Below, in pieces: positions 27,254 through 37,460 of a stretch of DNA of 64,000 bases. The notes beneath the pieces were generated by a model that was not told the DNA's origin, made no database searches, and saw nothing but the letters and a program-made list of their open reading frames with translations. The translations under genes were made by a program, and so were the position numbers. Numbering within the stretch: position 1 is the first letter of the stretch; the number at the start of each line of letters is the position of its first letter. Where the stretch lies: NCBI GenBank assembly GCA_964414795.1, contig CAYPWV010000003.1, forward strand, positions 2,081 through 66,080, given 5' to 3'. This stretch comes from an uncultured Gammaproteobacteria bacterium (GTDB lineage: Bacteria > Patescibacteriota > Patescibacteriia > UBA9934).

Positions 27254-30200
27254 TTACACGTACAACACGGCATCTTGTCCCAAAATCCCTTGTAGCTCTT
27301 CAATAAGCACTTGCGAAGGTTTCACTTGATACTCGGTTGCAATCTTTTTTTGCTCTTCCCCCACGAGTACTTTTAAATACACCCGTGAATCTCCCGGATA
27401 TTTTCGCAGCACTTCACGAATACGCACCACCATCTCACCGGGCGGCTTAGGCGGCATCACCAACGTCACTTCATACTTCTTCAAGATCTTCTCTTCTGCC
27501 GTCTGTGGTCTACCGTCTGTCGGCCTTTGCATATCCGGCATCTCAACTCCTTCGCCTCCCGGCCACTGCCCTGCCCGCAAACTTCCTACCACATGGTCCA
27601 CCTCTTCTTCATGAAAAAACACCGCATCATCGGTAAGGAGCGATCGCTCTTCTTTCTCTTCCTCACCTCCTTCGCCAAAAACCGCACGTTTACGCAGTGA
27701 AACTTTTCCCGAAAGAAGCATGAACGATCCCTCAACCAATCCCCCACGAATTTTGGCGTACGTTTTAGGAAATACGACCGTTTCCGCAGAACCGCTTGGA
27801 TCCTCTAAACGAATAAATGCCATGGGTTCATTTTTTTTCTTGGTAAAAATTTGCTTTACCGATCCAATAACTCCCGCAACACGCACAGGCGCACCGTCCT
27901 CTCCCGCAAGCGCTTCTTTGAGCGGTAAAATTCCTGCATTCACAAAAGCAGTGTGAAAAATCGCTCCCGGATGCGATGAAACATACAACCCCAAAAGCTC
28001 CTTTTCCCATGCAAGAAGTGCGCTTCGAGAAATAGGTTGCGCAGCAGAAAGTTCAAGCTTTTTCTTACCCATTTCCCCACCCAAGTCAAATAACGACGAC
28101 TGATTTCTCTCTCGCTCTTGCTGCACTTGCTTGTTAAATTGCACGAGCTGTTCAAGATTAGTAACGAGCTGTGCACGATCTCCAAAGCGATCGAGCGCAC
28201 CGCATTTCATAAGTGCTTCGAGTGTTTTTTTGTTAAACGCATGTGAGCTGACGCGTCCTAAAAAGTCTGCGAGATCGAGAAACTCACCTCCGCGTTTGCG
28301 TTCTTGAACGATCTCTTCTGCGATTTCTGCTCCCACGTTTTTAATTGCCATAAGCCCCCAGCGAACGTTCTTTGTTCCCTTCACCACTGCAAAACCTGCA
28401 AACGACTCGTTCACATCCGGCGGCAAAACCGCAAGCCCCACGCGCGAACATTCTTCTACTTCGATGGTGATGCGATCGATGTTCCCGGCGTCAGAATTCA
28501 TGAGTGCTGCCATGAAGCACTCGGGATAGTATGCTTTGAGATATGCCGTTTGATACGCAATCATGGCGTAACATGCCGCATGCGATTTATTGAATCCGTA
28601 TGCTGCGAAATCTTCAAGCTTTTGGAAGATTTTTATGGCGACATCTTCTTTTGCGCCATTTTTCATGGCACCTGCAACAAACTTTGCCTTCATCTTTTCC
28701 ATGAGCTCGGCAATTTTTTTACCCATGGCTTTACGCAAGCTATCCGCTTCACCACCCGTAAATCCTGCAAGGTCTTTTGACACTTGCATCACCTGCTCCT
28801 GATACACCGGAATGCCATACGTTTCCTTAAACGCATTCTCCATGAGCGGATGCTCATACACTACTTGTTCAAATCCGTGTTTTCGACGAATAAAACTTTC
28901 AATAAACTGCATCGGTCCTGGGCGATAAAGGGACACCATAGCGATAATATCTTCGAACTGCGAAGGCTGGAGTTCGCGGATGTAGCGTTTCATTCCGTCG
29001 GATTCCAACTGAAACACGCCCGTGGTATCGCCACGCCCGAGGAGCTCAAACGTCAGCTTATCATCAAGAGGAATGCTCTTCATGTCTACCTTCACTTTGT
29101 GTACGGCCTCAATAATTTCGAGCGTGTCTTCGATGATGGTTAAGTTGGATAATCCGAGAAAGTCCATTTTTACCAGGCCTGCAGCTTCGGCAGAGTTAAG
29201 CGAATACTGGGTGACGAGCGCGGTGTCTTCATGCTGACCTGCCTGGAGCGGCACACGCTCAACGAGCGGACGGTCACCAATCACAAATCCACATGCGTGC
29301 TGCGATGCGTGACGTGGGTTTCCCTCAATCTTCATCGCAAGATCAATCACTCGACGAGACATGGGATTGCCTTCGTAGATCGCTTTGAGATCGGGTGATT
29401 CTTCGATCGCAAGTTTGAGGGGCGTATGTTTTCCTTGCACGGGTGGTGGAACCGCCTTGGCAATTTCATCTGCTTCTTGAAACGTTAAGCCAAGCACGCG
29501 CGCCGCATCACGCACGGCAGCACGCGGCATCATCGTTCCAAAGGTGATAATGCCTGCAACACGATCGGCACCGTATTTTTGCGTGATGTACTGGAGCACT
29601 TTGCCACGTCCTCTGTCGGCAAAATCGGTATCAATATCAGGCATCGAGATACGATCCGGATTTAAAAAACGCTCAAACAGCAATCCATAGCGCAACGGTT
29701 CAATGTCAGTAATGCGCAGTGCATACGCAATAATCGAACCAGCCGCAGAACCACGACCCGGACCTACAAGCACACCGTTATCCTTTGCCCAGGTAATGTA
29801 ATCTTGCACGATAAGGAAATAGGAAGAAAATCCCATGCGCACAATCGTTTCGAACTCAAAGGTAAATCGCTTCGTTACTTCCTCAGACAACGGATCACCA
29901 TAACGCTCCTTAAGCCCAGCTAAACAGAGTTCGTGCAGCACATCATTGTCGGTTTTTCCTTCAGGAAGCGGATAAATGGGAAGGAAGTTTTTTCCTAATT
30001 CCAACACAAAGCTGATGCGATCCGCGATCTTTTTGGTGTTTTCAAGCGCTTCGGGATGATCTGTAAAGACTTCCATGATCTCTTCGGGTGTGCCAAAAGA
30101 AAGATCGATTTCCTCAGTGCTTGTTCTGCGAAAATCTTCAAGCGTTCTGCTGCGCTGAATACACAGTTGTGCATCATAGCCTTCCCTATCTTCGCTATCC

Positions 30201-30838
30201 ATGTAAAATACGTTCTTTGCGGCAACGAGCGGAACATCAAGTTCGCGCGAAAATGCAAAAAATGCATCGTTCACATCTACCTGACGCGGCATGTCGGGAT
30301 GTGCAACCACTTCTAAAAAGAAATTTTCTTTGCCAAAAATGTCTTGATATTCCTGCACGAGCTCTCGCGCTTTTGGCATATCGCCGTTGACGATCGCATG
30401 CGGAATTTCGCCTCCCACACTTCCCGTGAGAGCAATCAATCCTTTGCTATGCGCGCGCAAAAATGCTTTATCAACACGTGGCTTATAGTAAAAACCTTCC
30501 AAAAAAGCTGCCGTCACAATACGCGACAAATTACGATAGCCCTCCTCATTTTCTACCAAAAGCACCAACCGATACGGACGATCGTCCACACGAGATCGGC
30601 GATCGGTCATGCCGTGCTGCGCAACGTAAATATCACATCCTAAAATGGGTTTTATCTCCGCATCTTTGCAGGCTTTAAAAAACTCCACCGCACCGTACAT
30701 GTTGCCGTTATCCGTAAGCGCAAGCGCGCTCATACCTAAATCTTTTGCTCGTTTTACGAGCGTTTTTGGCTTTGGCAACGCCTCCAAAAGCGAATAATGC
30801 GAGTGGGTGTGGAGATAAACAAAGTCCTTTGCGTCCAT
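27254..30838 (-). CDS. dnaE: DNA polymerase III alpha subunit.
   Basis: PHP domain YLHTHSHYSLLEA, polymerase core blocks, 1194 aa. Confidence 0.95.
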   Translation of the reverse strand: MDAKDFVYLHTHSHYSLLEALPKPKTLVKRAKDLGMSALALTDNGNMYGAVEFFKACKDAEIKPILGCDIYVAQHGMTDRRSRVDDRPYRLVLLVENEEGYRNLSRIVTAAFLEGFYYKPRVDKAFLRAHSKGLIALTGSVGGEIPHAIVNGDMPKARELVQEYQDIFGKENFFLEVVAHPDMPRQVDVNDAFFAFSRELDVPLVAAKNVFYMDSEDREGYDAQLCIQRSRTLEDFRRTSTEEIDLSFGTPEEIMEVFTDHPEALENTKKIADRISFVLELGKNFLPIYPLPEGKTDNDVLHELCLAGLKERYGDPLSEEVTKRFTFEFETIVRMGFSSYFLIVQDYITWAKDNGVLVGPGRGSAAGSIIAYALRITDIEPLRYGLLFERFLNPDRISMPDIDTDFADRGRGKVLQYITQKYGADRVAGIITFGTMMPRAAVRDAARVLGLTFQEADEIAKAVPPPVQGKHTPLKLAIEESPDLKAIYEGNPMSRRVIDLAMKIEGNPRHASQHACGFVIGDRPLVERVPLQAGQHEDTALVTQYSLNSAEAAGLVKMDFLGLSNLTIIEDTLEIIEAVHKVKVDMKSIPLDDKLTFELLGRGDTTGVFQLESDGMKRYIRELQPSQFEDIIAMVSLYRPGPMQFIESFIRRKHGFEQVVYEHPLMENAFKETYGIPVYQEQVMQVSKDLAGFTGGEADSLRKAMGKKIAELMEKMKAKFVAGAMKNGAKEDVAIKIFQKLEDFAAYGFNKSHAACYAMIAYQTAYLKAYYPECFMAALMNSDAGNIDRITIEVEECSRVGLAVLPPDVNESFAGFAVVKGTKNVRWGLMAIKNVGAEIAEEIVQERKRGGEFLDLADFLGRVSSHAFNKKTLEALMKCGALDRFGDRAQLVTNLEQLVQFNKQVQQERERNQSSLFDLGGEMGKKKLELSAAQPISRSALLAWEKELLGLYVSSHPGAIFHTAFVNAGILPLKEALAGEDGAPVRVAGVIGSVKQIFTKKKNEPMAFIRLEDPSGSAETVVFPKTYAKIRGGLVEGSFMLLSGKVSLRKRAVFGEGGEEEKEERSLLTDDAVFFHEEEVDHVVGSLRAGQWPGGEGVEMPDMQRPTDGRPQTAEEKILKKYEVTLVMPPKPPGEMVVRIREVLRKYPGDSRVYLKVLVGEEQKKIATEYQVKPSQVLIEELQGILGQDAVLYV

Positions 30839-30919
30839 AGATCTTCCTCACGGTAACAGAAAAAAGCCTTGCACGCCGCATGCTTTCATCCACTGTTCAT
30901 CCACAGCCTCCACCATCAC

Positions 30920-31183
30920 TCAATTTTTATTCCGCAATACCTCAATAATACGCTTAATGCCTTCGGCTAATCCAGAAACCATGGCGATGTTTCCATCAAA
31001 CTTTCTGCGCATGCCGATAATGGAGTCTTCTAGGCTTGTTACACGCACATGCATTTCATCTACCAGCACATGAATGCGCTTTACGAGCTTTGCTGCCTCG
31101 TACAACACAAAGCAAAGAAAAATGGTAAACCACAATACGCAGAGTGCGAGAACAATGTAGAGGATATCGAGGTATTCGAGCAT
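30920..31183 (-). CDS. Small membrane protein, DUF948-like (N-terminal TM helix plus coiled coil). The likely start is 31183; the ORF-track N-terminus is a translation of the repeat.
   Basis: MLEYLDILYIVLALCVLWFTIFLCFVLYEAAKLVKRIHVLVDEMH.. architecture. Confidence 0.4.
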   Translation of the reverse strand: MLEYLDILYIVLALCVLWFTIFLCFVLYEAAKLVKRIHVLVDEMHVRVTSLEDSIIGMRRKFDGNIAMVSGLAEGIKRIIEVLRNKN

Positions 31184-31349
31184 AGGGGGAAGGGAAAGTG
31201 TGAAGTTGGGAGTTGTTAGTTTGAAGTGAGTGGATTTTGTGTTTTGTTGAAGATGAAGATAACAGACAGCAGACGACAGACGGGGAAATAAAAACCTTCC
31301 TTTCACTTCAAACTATTAACTATAAACTTCATCTCTTTCACATCATACA
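31184..31349. repeat. Family C MITE-like element, copy 1, filling the gap between the DUF948-like gene start and the pheT stop.
   Basis: Inverted repeats of about 35-40 nt: GAAGTTGGGAGTTGTTAGTTTGAAGTGAGTGGAT ... CCTTTCACTTCAAACTATTAACTATAAACTTCA. Confidence 0.55.
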
Positions 31350-33761
31350 CTATCTCACCTCCGCTCCGCACTGCACTTGGAGTGCTTCAATAACGCCGCG
31401 GACGGTTGTTTCAATTTCTTCGGATGTGAGGGTGTGGTCGGGAGCGCCGAGAGTGAGCGTGTAGGTGACGCTCTTTTTGTCGACGCTGACGCCGTCGCCT
31501 CGGTAGACGTCTACAAGTTCGATGCTTCGGATATATTGACCTTTCGTGAGTGCGATCATGATGTTTTCATGTGCAATATTTTCGGAGACAACGAATGAGA
31601 TGTCACGCACCGATGCGGGATATTCGGGAATAGGACTGTAATTTCTCCGTTCTTTTGCGCGCGCAAGGATGCGCTCCAGATCAAGCGACACAAACAGCAC
31701 CGGACGCGAAAGTCCAAACGCTTCTTGGCGGGCAGCGCTTGTTTGGCCAATATATCCTATATTTATTTCTTCATTTCCTAATCGGACAAAAATATTTGCC
31801 GTTCTTCCGGGATGCCAACCGAGCGCATCTGTTTCGCGCTCGAGGCGATACGCTGTTCCCGTAGCTTGCGTCACCGCCTCAAGCATTGCGCGCACTCGGC
31901 GATACGCAGCTTCGCCATCCGTTACACCGTACACGCCGCACACGAGCGATAAACGTTCATCGGGAAGATCGTTCTCGCGAGGAAGATAGATGCGGGAGAG
32001 TTCAAAAAGTTCTGCAGTTGCGGTATGTGAAGCGTTTGCCGCGCAATCTCGTAAAAAGCTGGGGATGAGTGACGGACGCATGTAGCCCAGCTCCTCGGAA
32101 AGTGGGTTCCACACCCGTACCGCATCAATGGGCGCAATTCCTGCACGTTCAAGATCGCGTGCATCAATAAACGAATAGCTAAACAATTCGGTAAGACCTT
32201 CGCCGGCAAGCACGCGCTTCAGCTTCATCTCCCACACGAGCGACGCATCATCCGGTGTGGTGGGAGGAGCTGCAACTGGAAGTACCGATGGCATGAGGTG
32301 ATAGCCGTACATGCGCGCAACCTCTTCGGTGAGATCAACTTCGCCTTCAATGTCGTGTGATCGCCAAAAAGGTACGATCGCGGTCATTTTCTTGCCGGAC
32401 TTTTCGATGTCAAAACCAAGACGTGTGAGCAAATCTTCAATCGTTGCATCGGGGATTTCTACACCGATACGGTTGCAGATTTTTGCCGGACGTATAGGAA
32501 AGCGGAGAACTTTTTCTGCCGTTGGATAGATATCGGTAACGCCCACAAGCTTTCCTCCGGCAAGCTTGGTTGCAAGATCGACTGCGTACGCAAGTGCGGC
32601 CGGAAGTGCTTCTGGCGAAAGACCTTTTTCGAAAATGAGCTGAGAATCCGAGTAGAGATTGAAGGCACGAGACGTTTTACGAACTGATACGCCATCAAAC
32701 GCTGCAGCTTCGAATATGATGTCCGTCGTCGTTTCTGTAGTTCCGCTTTCTTGGCCGCCCATAACCCCCGCAATGGCAAGCGGATGCTCAGCGTCGGCGA
32801 TAACAAGGGTGGACGTTGACAATTCGTATGTTTTTCCATCGAGCGCAACAAGCTTTTCACCTTTTGTTGCTTTGCGAACAATGATTTCATCCTTTACAGA
32901 CGAAGCATCAAACGTGTGCATGGGCTGACCGAATTCTTGCAAAACCAAATTAGTGATATCGACGATATTGTTTACCGGGCGATGACCAGAGAGAAGTAGC
33001 TTCTTCTGCAACCACCAAGGCGAAGGACTCACGCGGACTCCTTCTACACGTGCTGCCATGTAGCGCGAGCAGAGCTTTGGTTCGACGATGGTGACTTTTG
33101 GACCTTGGCCAGATGCAGCAGAGAGCACTTTTTGTGCGGCATTAGCCAGCCATAGTGCATGCGGCTCGAAACGTGCGCCAACGGATGCCGCACCTTCGCG
33201 TGCAAGGCCAAAAATTCCCATGCAGTCGGGACGATTTGTGGTAATTTCGATGTCGAAAACAATGTCATCAAGATCGAGTGCCTTGGCAAGAGGAGTTCCA
33301 GGAGCAGCGTTTGTGAGCGCGGTAATGTCCCAAATTTCTCTTTCCCCTGCTGCAATTTTTTCAAATCCTACTTCAGCTGCCGCGCAAATCATGCCGATAC
33401 TTTTTACTCCGCGAATTTCTGTTTCTTGCAGCTCAACAAGCTCACCTTCGCCGTGCCAACGCACTCTTGCGCCAGGAAGTGCAACAACAACGCGCTGACC
33501 AATCGCAAGATTGCTTCCGCCACACACAATTTCAACAACTCGATCACCGATATCTGTTTTGGCAATACGAAGCTTATTCGCATTGGGATGCGCAGTAATT
33601 TCCTTGATTTCTCCTACGACGATATGCGTAAAACGATCGGCAACAACATCGATATGCTCAACCGACATTGAGCGCAAACTGATTTCTTGCGCAAAAACCT
33701 CCGGCGAAACATCGGTTTTGCAATATTCTTTTAACCAATTGTAAGAAGCGAGAATGTTCAT
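31350..33761 (-). CDS. pheT: Phenylalanyl-tRNA synthetase beta subunit.
   Basis: tRNA-binding N-terminus, B3/4 and B5 domains and the class II-like core; 803 aa; adjacent to pheS. Confidence 0.9.
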   Translation of the reverse strand: MNILASYNWLKEYCKTDVSPEVFAQEISLRSMSVEHIDVVADRFTHIVVGEIKEITAHPNANKLRIAKTDIGDRVVEIVCGGSNLAIGQRVVVALPGARVRWHGEGELVELQETEIRGVKSIGMICAAAEVGFEKIAAGEREIWDITALTNAAPGTPLAKALDLDDIVFDIEITTNRPDCMGIFGLAREGAASVGARFEPHALWLANAAQKVLSAASGQGPKVTIVEPKLCSRYMAARVEGVRVSPSPWWLQKKLLLSGHRPVNNIVDITNLVLQEFGQPMHTFDASSVKDEIIVRKATKGEKLVALDGKTYELSTSTLVIADAEHPLAIAGVMGGQESGTTETTTDIIFEAAAFDGVSVRKTSRAFNLYSDSQLIFEKGLSPEALPAALAYAVDLATKLAGGKLVGVTDIYPTAEKVLRFPIRPAKICNRIGVEIPDATIEDLLTRLGFDIEKSGKKMTAIVPFWRSHDIEGEVDLTEEVARMYGYHLMPSVLPVAAPPTTPDDASLVWEMKLKRVLAGEGLTELFSYSFIDARDLERAGIAPIDAVRVWNPLSEELGYMRPSLIPSFLRDCAANASHTATAELFELSRIYLPRENDLPDERLSLVCGVYGVTDGEAAYRRVRAMLEAVTQATGTAYRLERETDALGWHPGRTANIFVRLGNEEINIGYIGQTSAARQEAFGLSRPVLFVSLDLERILARAKERRNYSPIPEYPASVRDISFVVSENIAHENIMIALTKGQYIRSIELVDVYRGDGVSVDKKSVTYTLTLGAPDHTLTSEEIETTVRGVIEALQVQCGAEVR

Positions 33762-33762
33762 A

Positions 33763-34839
33763 TCAAAACTGTTTCAAAAACCTCACATCATTCTTATACA
33801 GCACCCTGATGTCATCGAGATTTACGCCGCTTTTCATCATGAGCGTGCGTTCAATGCCCCAGCCGAATGCAAAGCCATTGTACTTTTTAGGATCGAGTCC
33901 GCCAGCCTTGATGACGTTCGGATGCACCATGCCGGCACCGCCCAATTCAAGCCACCCCACTTTGCAGAGTTTGCACTTCCCTGTTTTTGCCCTTCCACTT
34001 CCTTTGCACACCGTACATGAGATATCGAGCTCGAAACTTGGCTCGGTAAAACGAAAATGAAACGGGCGCAAACGTGTTTTTGTTTCGGGACCAAAGAACC
34101 GCTTTACAAAAAAGTCGAATACACCACGCAATTCAGTGATCGTGACTTTTTCATCAATCATCAGTCCTTCAAATTGATGAAACATGGGGAGATGACGTGC
34201 ACTTACTTGGCGGCGATAGCATTTACCCAACGAAATCATGCGAATAGGAAGCACACCTTTTTTCATTTCTCGTACTTGCCCATTGCTTGTATGCGGTGTG
34301 AGCACCATTTTCCCTTGCGTTCCCGTAAAAACCTTTCCCTTCCCATCATCCACAAAAAACGTTTCCCATTCATCACGTGCGGGATGTTCTTTGGGCATGT
34401 TTAACGCCTCAAACGCATAATAATCCCAATCTATTTCGGGATGACGGGCACGTGCAAAACCTAATTTTGAAAAAATACTACAAATATCTTCTATAGCTTG
34501 AGAGGTAAGATGCAGATGACCTGCGTGACGAGCACTGGGAGGAAGTGAAATATCAATACGTTCTTTTTCTCCTGCCTCTGCAGCATTTTTTTGTTGTAAA
34601 CGCGCAACTGCCGCTTCCCACGCACCTTCAAGCGCCATTTTTACTTCATTTGCCTTAGGGCCAGCCATACGCTTTTCTTCTGCAGAAAGCGACGGCAAAA
34701 CCTGCATGCACTCGGCAAGTTTTCCTTTGCGACCCAGATACGAGATGCGCAAAGATTCAATACTCTCGGCATCGTGGGCCTGTTGAAATGCGGCGATACC
34801 TGATTGCAGCAGCTCGTTTATGTGTTGTAAGAATTGCAT
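33763..34839 (-). CDS. pheS: Phenylalanyl-tRNA synthetase alpha subunit.
   Basis: FRFTEPSFELDI, GWGIERTLMM, and a CxxC..CxxC zinc-binding insertion. Confidence 0.9.
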   Translation of the reverse strand: MQFLQHINELLQSGIAAFQQAHDAESIESLRISYLGRKGKLAECMQVLPSLSAEEKRMAGPKANEVKMALEGAWEAAVARLQQKNAAEAGEKERIDISLPPSARHAGHLHLTSQAIEDICSIFSKLGFARARHPEIDWDYYAFEALNMPKEHPARDEWETFFVDDGKGKVFTGTQGKMVLTPHTSNGQVREMKKGVLPIRMISLGKCYRRQVSARHLPMFHQFEGLMIDEKVTITELRGVFDFFVKRFFGPETKTRLRPFHFRFTEPSFELDISCTVCKGSGRAKTGKCKLCKVGWLELGGAGMVHPNVIKAGGLDPKKYNGFAFGWGIERTLMMKSGVNLDDIRVLYKNDVRFLKQF

Positions 34840-34994
34840 AAGAAGTTTTATTCGAGAAGGAGCTGTAGGGCACGAAGGGAAAAAGGATCAAACAGTGAAA
34901 GTAAAGTAGCTGAGATCGTTTTTACCTTTGGAATTTCATTATTGGAATTTATTTGATTTTTGAATCTTGGAATTTGGTTTTTTTCACACCTCCC

Positions 34995-36086
34995 CTACCC
35001 ACCACCTAGTTTCACAAGATCCTGATACGTTACAAATAACACAAGAATGAGGAGGAGTGCAAAGCCTGCGCCGTGAATGGTTTGCTCAATACGCATAGTG
35101 AGTGGCTTGCGACGGATCGCCTCTATGAGCAAGAAGAAGATGCGTCCGCCATCAAGTGCGGGGAACGGAAGGATGTTCAACACCGCCAAATTTACCGAAA
35201 GCATGGCTGCAAACTGTATGACGTGGATTGCTCCCAAGCTCACCACCTGACCCGTAAGTGATGCGATGCCGATTGGTCCAGAAAGCTGTGAGACAACATC
35301 TTCGCTTGTAAACACTCCCGTGATTAGGCCCCAAAATCCCCCTACAACATTCACGGTCATTTCTGCGGTTGCCTGAGCGCCCACTACCGGAGCTTTATAC
35401 CAGGGATAGCGCACGGTTCCTGTTTCAACCAATGCGATACCCACGCCTTCTTTTTGTAATGTTTCTAGATACGCAGGAGTTACTTCGGCGGTGATCTGCT
35501 CCCCCTGGCGTTCAAGTACAAATACGATGGGTGATCCGTCGGCATGAGGCGCAAGTGCCTCGCGTGCAAACTCACCCGACGTAAATGTAGCGCCGTCGAT
35601 CGTCACCACTTCATCTCCAGAAACCATGCCCGCCGTTGCTGCAGGTGAACCCGCAACCACATCAACAATAGTAACGGCTCGATCTAAAATTTGGCTATCG
35701 GGAATGGTGGATCCTTCCAAAAGCGAAGGAAGTCCAATACCAAATCCTACAGAAAACAATATCCACGCCGCAAGAATGTTCATGACCACACCCCCAACAA
35801 GCACAAGAAAACGCTTGGGAATACTTTTTGTTGCAAAAGCTCCCGGAGCAAAACGCTCACGCTCATCTCCGCCTTCGCCCTTAATACGCACAAAGCCTCC
35901 GAGCGGAATAGCATTTACCGACCACAACGTTCCGCGTTTATCTTTTCTTCCAAAAAGTTTAGGAGGAAAACCGATACCAAATTCTTCGACAATCATTCCT
36001 GACCACCGCGCCATAAAGTAGTGGCCAGCTTCGTGTACAAGAACGAGAAGGGAGAGAATGAGGAGGAAGATGAGGATAGTGAGCAT
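34995..36086 (-). CDS. rseP: Site-2 protease RseP (M50 family, with PDZ domain).
   Basis: HEAGHYFMAR (HExxH) in TM1, a PDZ segment, and a C-terminal NxxPxxxLDGG motif. Confidence 0.8.
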   Translation of the reverse strand: MLTILIFLLILSLLVLVHEAGHYFMARWSGMIVEEFGIGFPPKLFGRKDKRGTLWSVNAIPLGGFVRIKGEGGDERERFAPGAFATKSIPKRFLVLVGGVVMNILAAWILFSVGFGIGLPSLLEGSTIPDSQILDRAVTIVDVVAGSPAATAGMVSGDEVVTIDGATFTSGEFAREALAPHADGSPIVFVLERQGEQITAEVTPAYLETLQKEGVGIALVETGTVRYPWYKAPVVGAQATAEMTVNVVGGFWGLITGVFTSEDVVSQLSGPIGIASLTGQVVSLGAIHVIQFAAMLSVNLAVLNILPFPALDGGRIFFLLIEAIRRKPLTMRIEQTIHGAGFALLLILVLFVTYQDLVKLGGG

Positions 36087-36188
36087 AGATGAGAGTTGGA
36101 AGTTTGAAGTTGTTAGTTAGAAGTGAGTGGATGTTGTTTTTTTGATGGATAAAAATGAAGGAACTACCTTTCACTTCAAACTCTTAAC
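36087..36188. repeat. Family C MITE-like element, copy 2, filling the gap between the rseP start and the murD stop.
   Basis: GTTGGAAGTTTGAAGTTGTTAGTTAGAAGTGAGTGGATG ... CCTTTCACTTCAAACTCTTAACTCATAACTTCAC. Confidence 0.55.
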
Positions 36189-37460
36189 TCATAACTTCAC
36201 ACTCTCCCCATTGTATCCGATCTCTTCACGAAGACGAAATACACATTCCTTAAACTGATCGCCACGATCTTTATAATTTTTAAACATGTCAAAACTTGCA
36301 CATGCGGGAGAGAGCACAACAACGCCTTCGCCATGCGCAGATGCATCTGCTTGCACGAGAATGTCGCTCATGGTTTGAGCGCCTTCGTACAGCGGTGTAC
36401 TTGCATGCGCGTTCATGATTGCTTCTTTTATTTTTGACGCAGTTTGTCCGACGAGAATAACGCTTTGGACGTGAGGAGATCGTGCAATCTTTTTTCCCAG
36501 TTCCGTAAAGTCAGATCCTTTTTCGCTTCCTCCTAAAATAAGTGTTAGCGGCTCCTGAAACGCATCGATTGCTGCCATGGCCGTTTCTGGCGTTGTAGAG
36601 ATGGAATCGTCGTAATACGTCACTCCGTCGATCGTTGCGACTTCCTCAAGACGATGTTCGAGTCCTTTAAACGATTGAGCAACTGATGCAATAACATCTT
36701 CTGAAATTCCCACGACTCGCGCAACCGCTGCAGCAGCAGCAAGGTTTTCTCGGTTATGATCGCCGCGTAAACGCACCGGAAGCGTCCAATCTGCTCGACG
36801 TACTTCGACCTTTTCCCCTTCTCCCAACATCCCGATACGTACACTTTGCGGATATACTGCATTAAAAATGGAGATGTCATCTTGTTTTTGGAAACGCGTG
36901 ATCGATGATTTAGCATCTACATATTCTTCAACATCTTTATGCCAATCTAGGTGATCTGATGTGACCATGAGCGTAACCGCAATGTGGGGCGATGTGTGCA
37001 GATCGATGAGTTGGAAGCTAGAAAGTTCGAGAACGACCCAAGAATCTGCAGTGATTTCGGAAAGTGAAGAAAAAATGCCTTTTCCGATATTTCCCGCAAG
37101 AAAAACGTGCTTTCCTGCGGCTTTGAGCATTTCATAAATAAGCGTACTCGTTGTTCCCTTTCCTTTTGTTCCTGTAACACCGATGATCTTTTTTGTAGGA
37201 CACACATCGAAAAAGATCTGCATTTTTGAAGTTACAAGCACGCCCGCTTTTTCTGCGGCAAGAATTTCTGTGCGGTAGCGATACACTCCCGGAGAACGAA
37301 CAAGTACGTCATACTGCAAAAGATCCGCAAAGGCATCTGCGCGTTCTTTCTCATCAAGGATTGTTAACTCTGCGCCCTGTTCGCGAAGCCACTGCTCTAC
37401 ATCTTGCGTATCAACACCCAAGCCCAACAAGGCTACTTTTTTCTCTTTCCAATCCATCAT
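36189..37460 (-). CDS. murD: UDP-N-acetylmuramoylalanine--D-glutamate ligase.
   Basis: VALLGLGVDTQDV, the Mur ligase P-loop GVTGTKGKGTTS, and the C-terminal domain. Confidence 0.85.
   Translation of the reverse strand: MMDWKEKKVALLGLGVDTQDVEQWLREQGAELTILDEKERADAFADLLQYDVLVRSPGVYRYRTEILAAEKAGVLVTSKMQIFFDVCPTKKIIGVTGTKGKGTTSTLIYEMLKAAGKHVFLAGNIGKGIFSSLSEITADSWVVLELSSFQLIDLHTSPHIAVTLMVTSDHLDWHKDVEEYVDAKSSITRFQKQDDISIFNAVYPQSVRIGMLGEGEKVEVRRADWTLPVRLRGDHNRENLAAAAAVARVVGISEDVIASVAQSFKGLEHRLEEVATIDGVTYYDDSISTTPETAMAAIDAFQEPLTLILGGSEKGSDFTELGKKIARSPHVQSVILVGQTASKIKEAIMNAHASTPLYEGAQTMSDILVQADASAHGEGVVVLSPACASFDMFKNYKDRGDQFKECVFRLREEIGYNGESVKL

Noticed and set aside
30920-31306. Extended 128-aa version of the DUF948-like ORF.
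   Set aside because: The first 41 codons are a translation of the family C repeat (31184-31306). The internal Met at 31183, followed directly by the TM helix, is the credible start.
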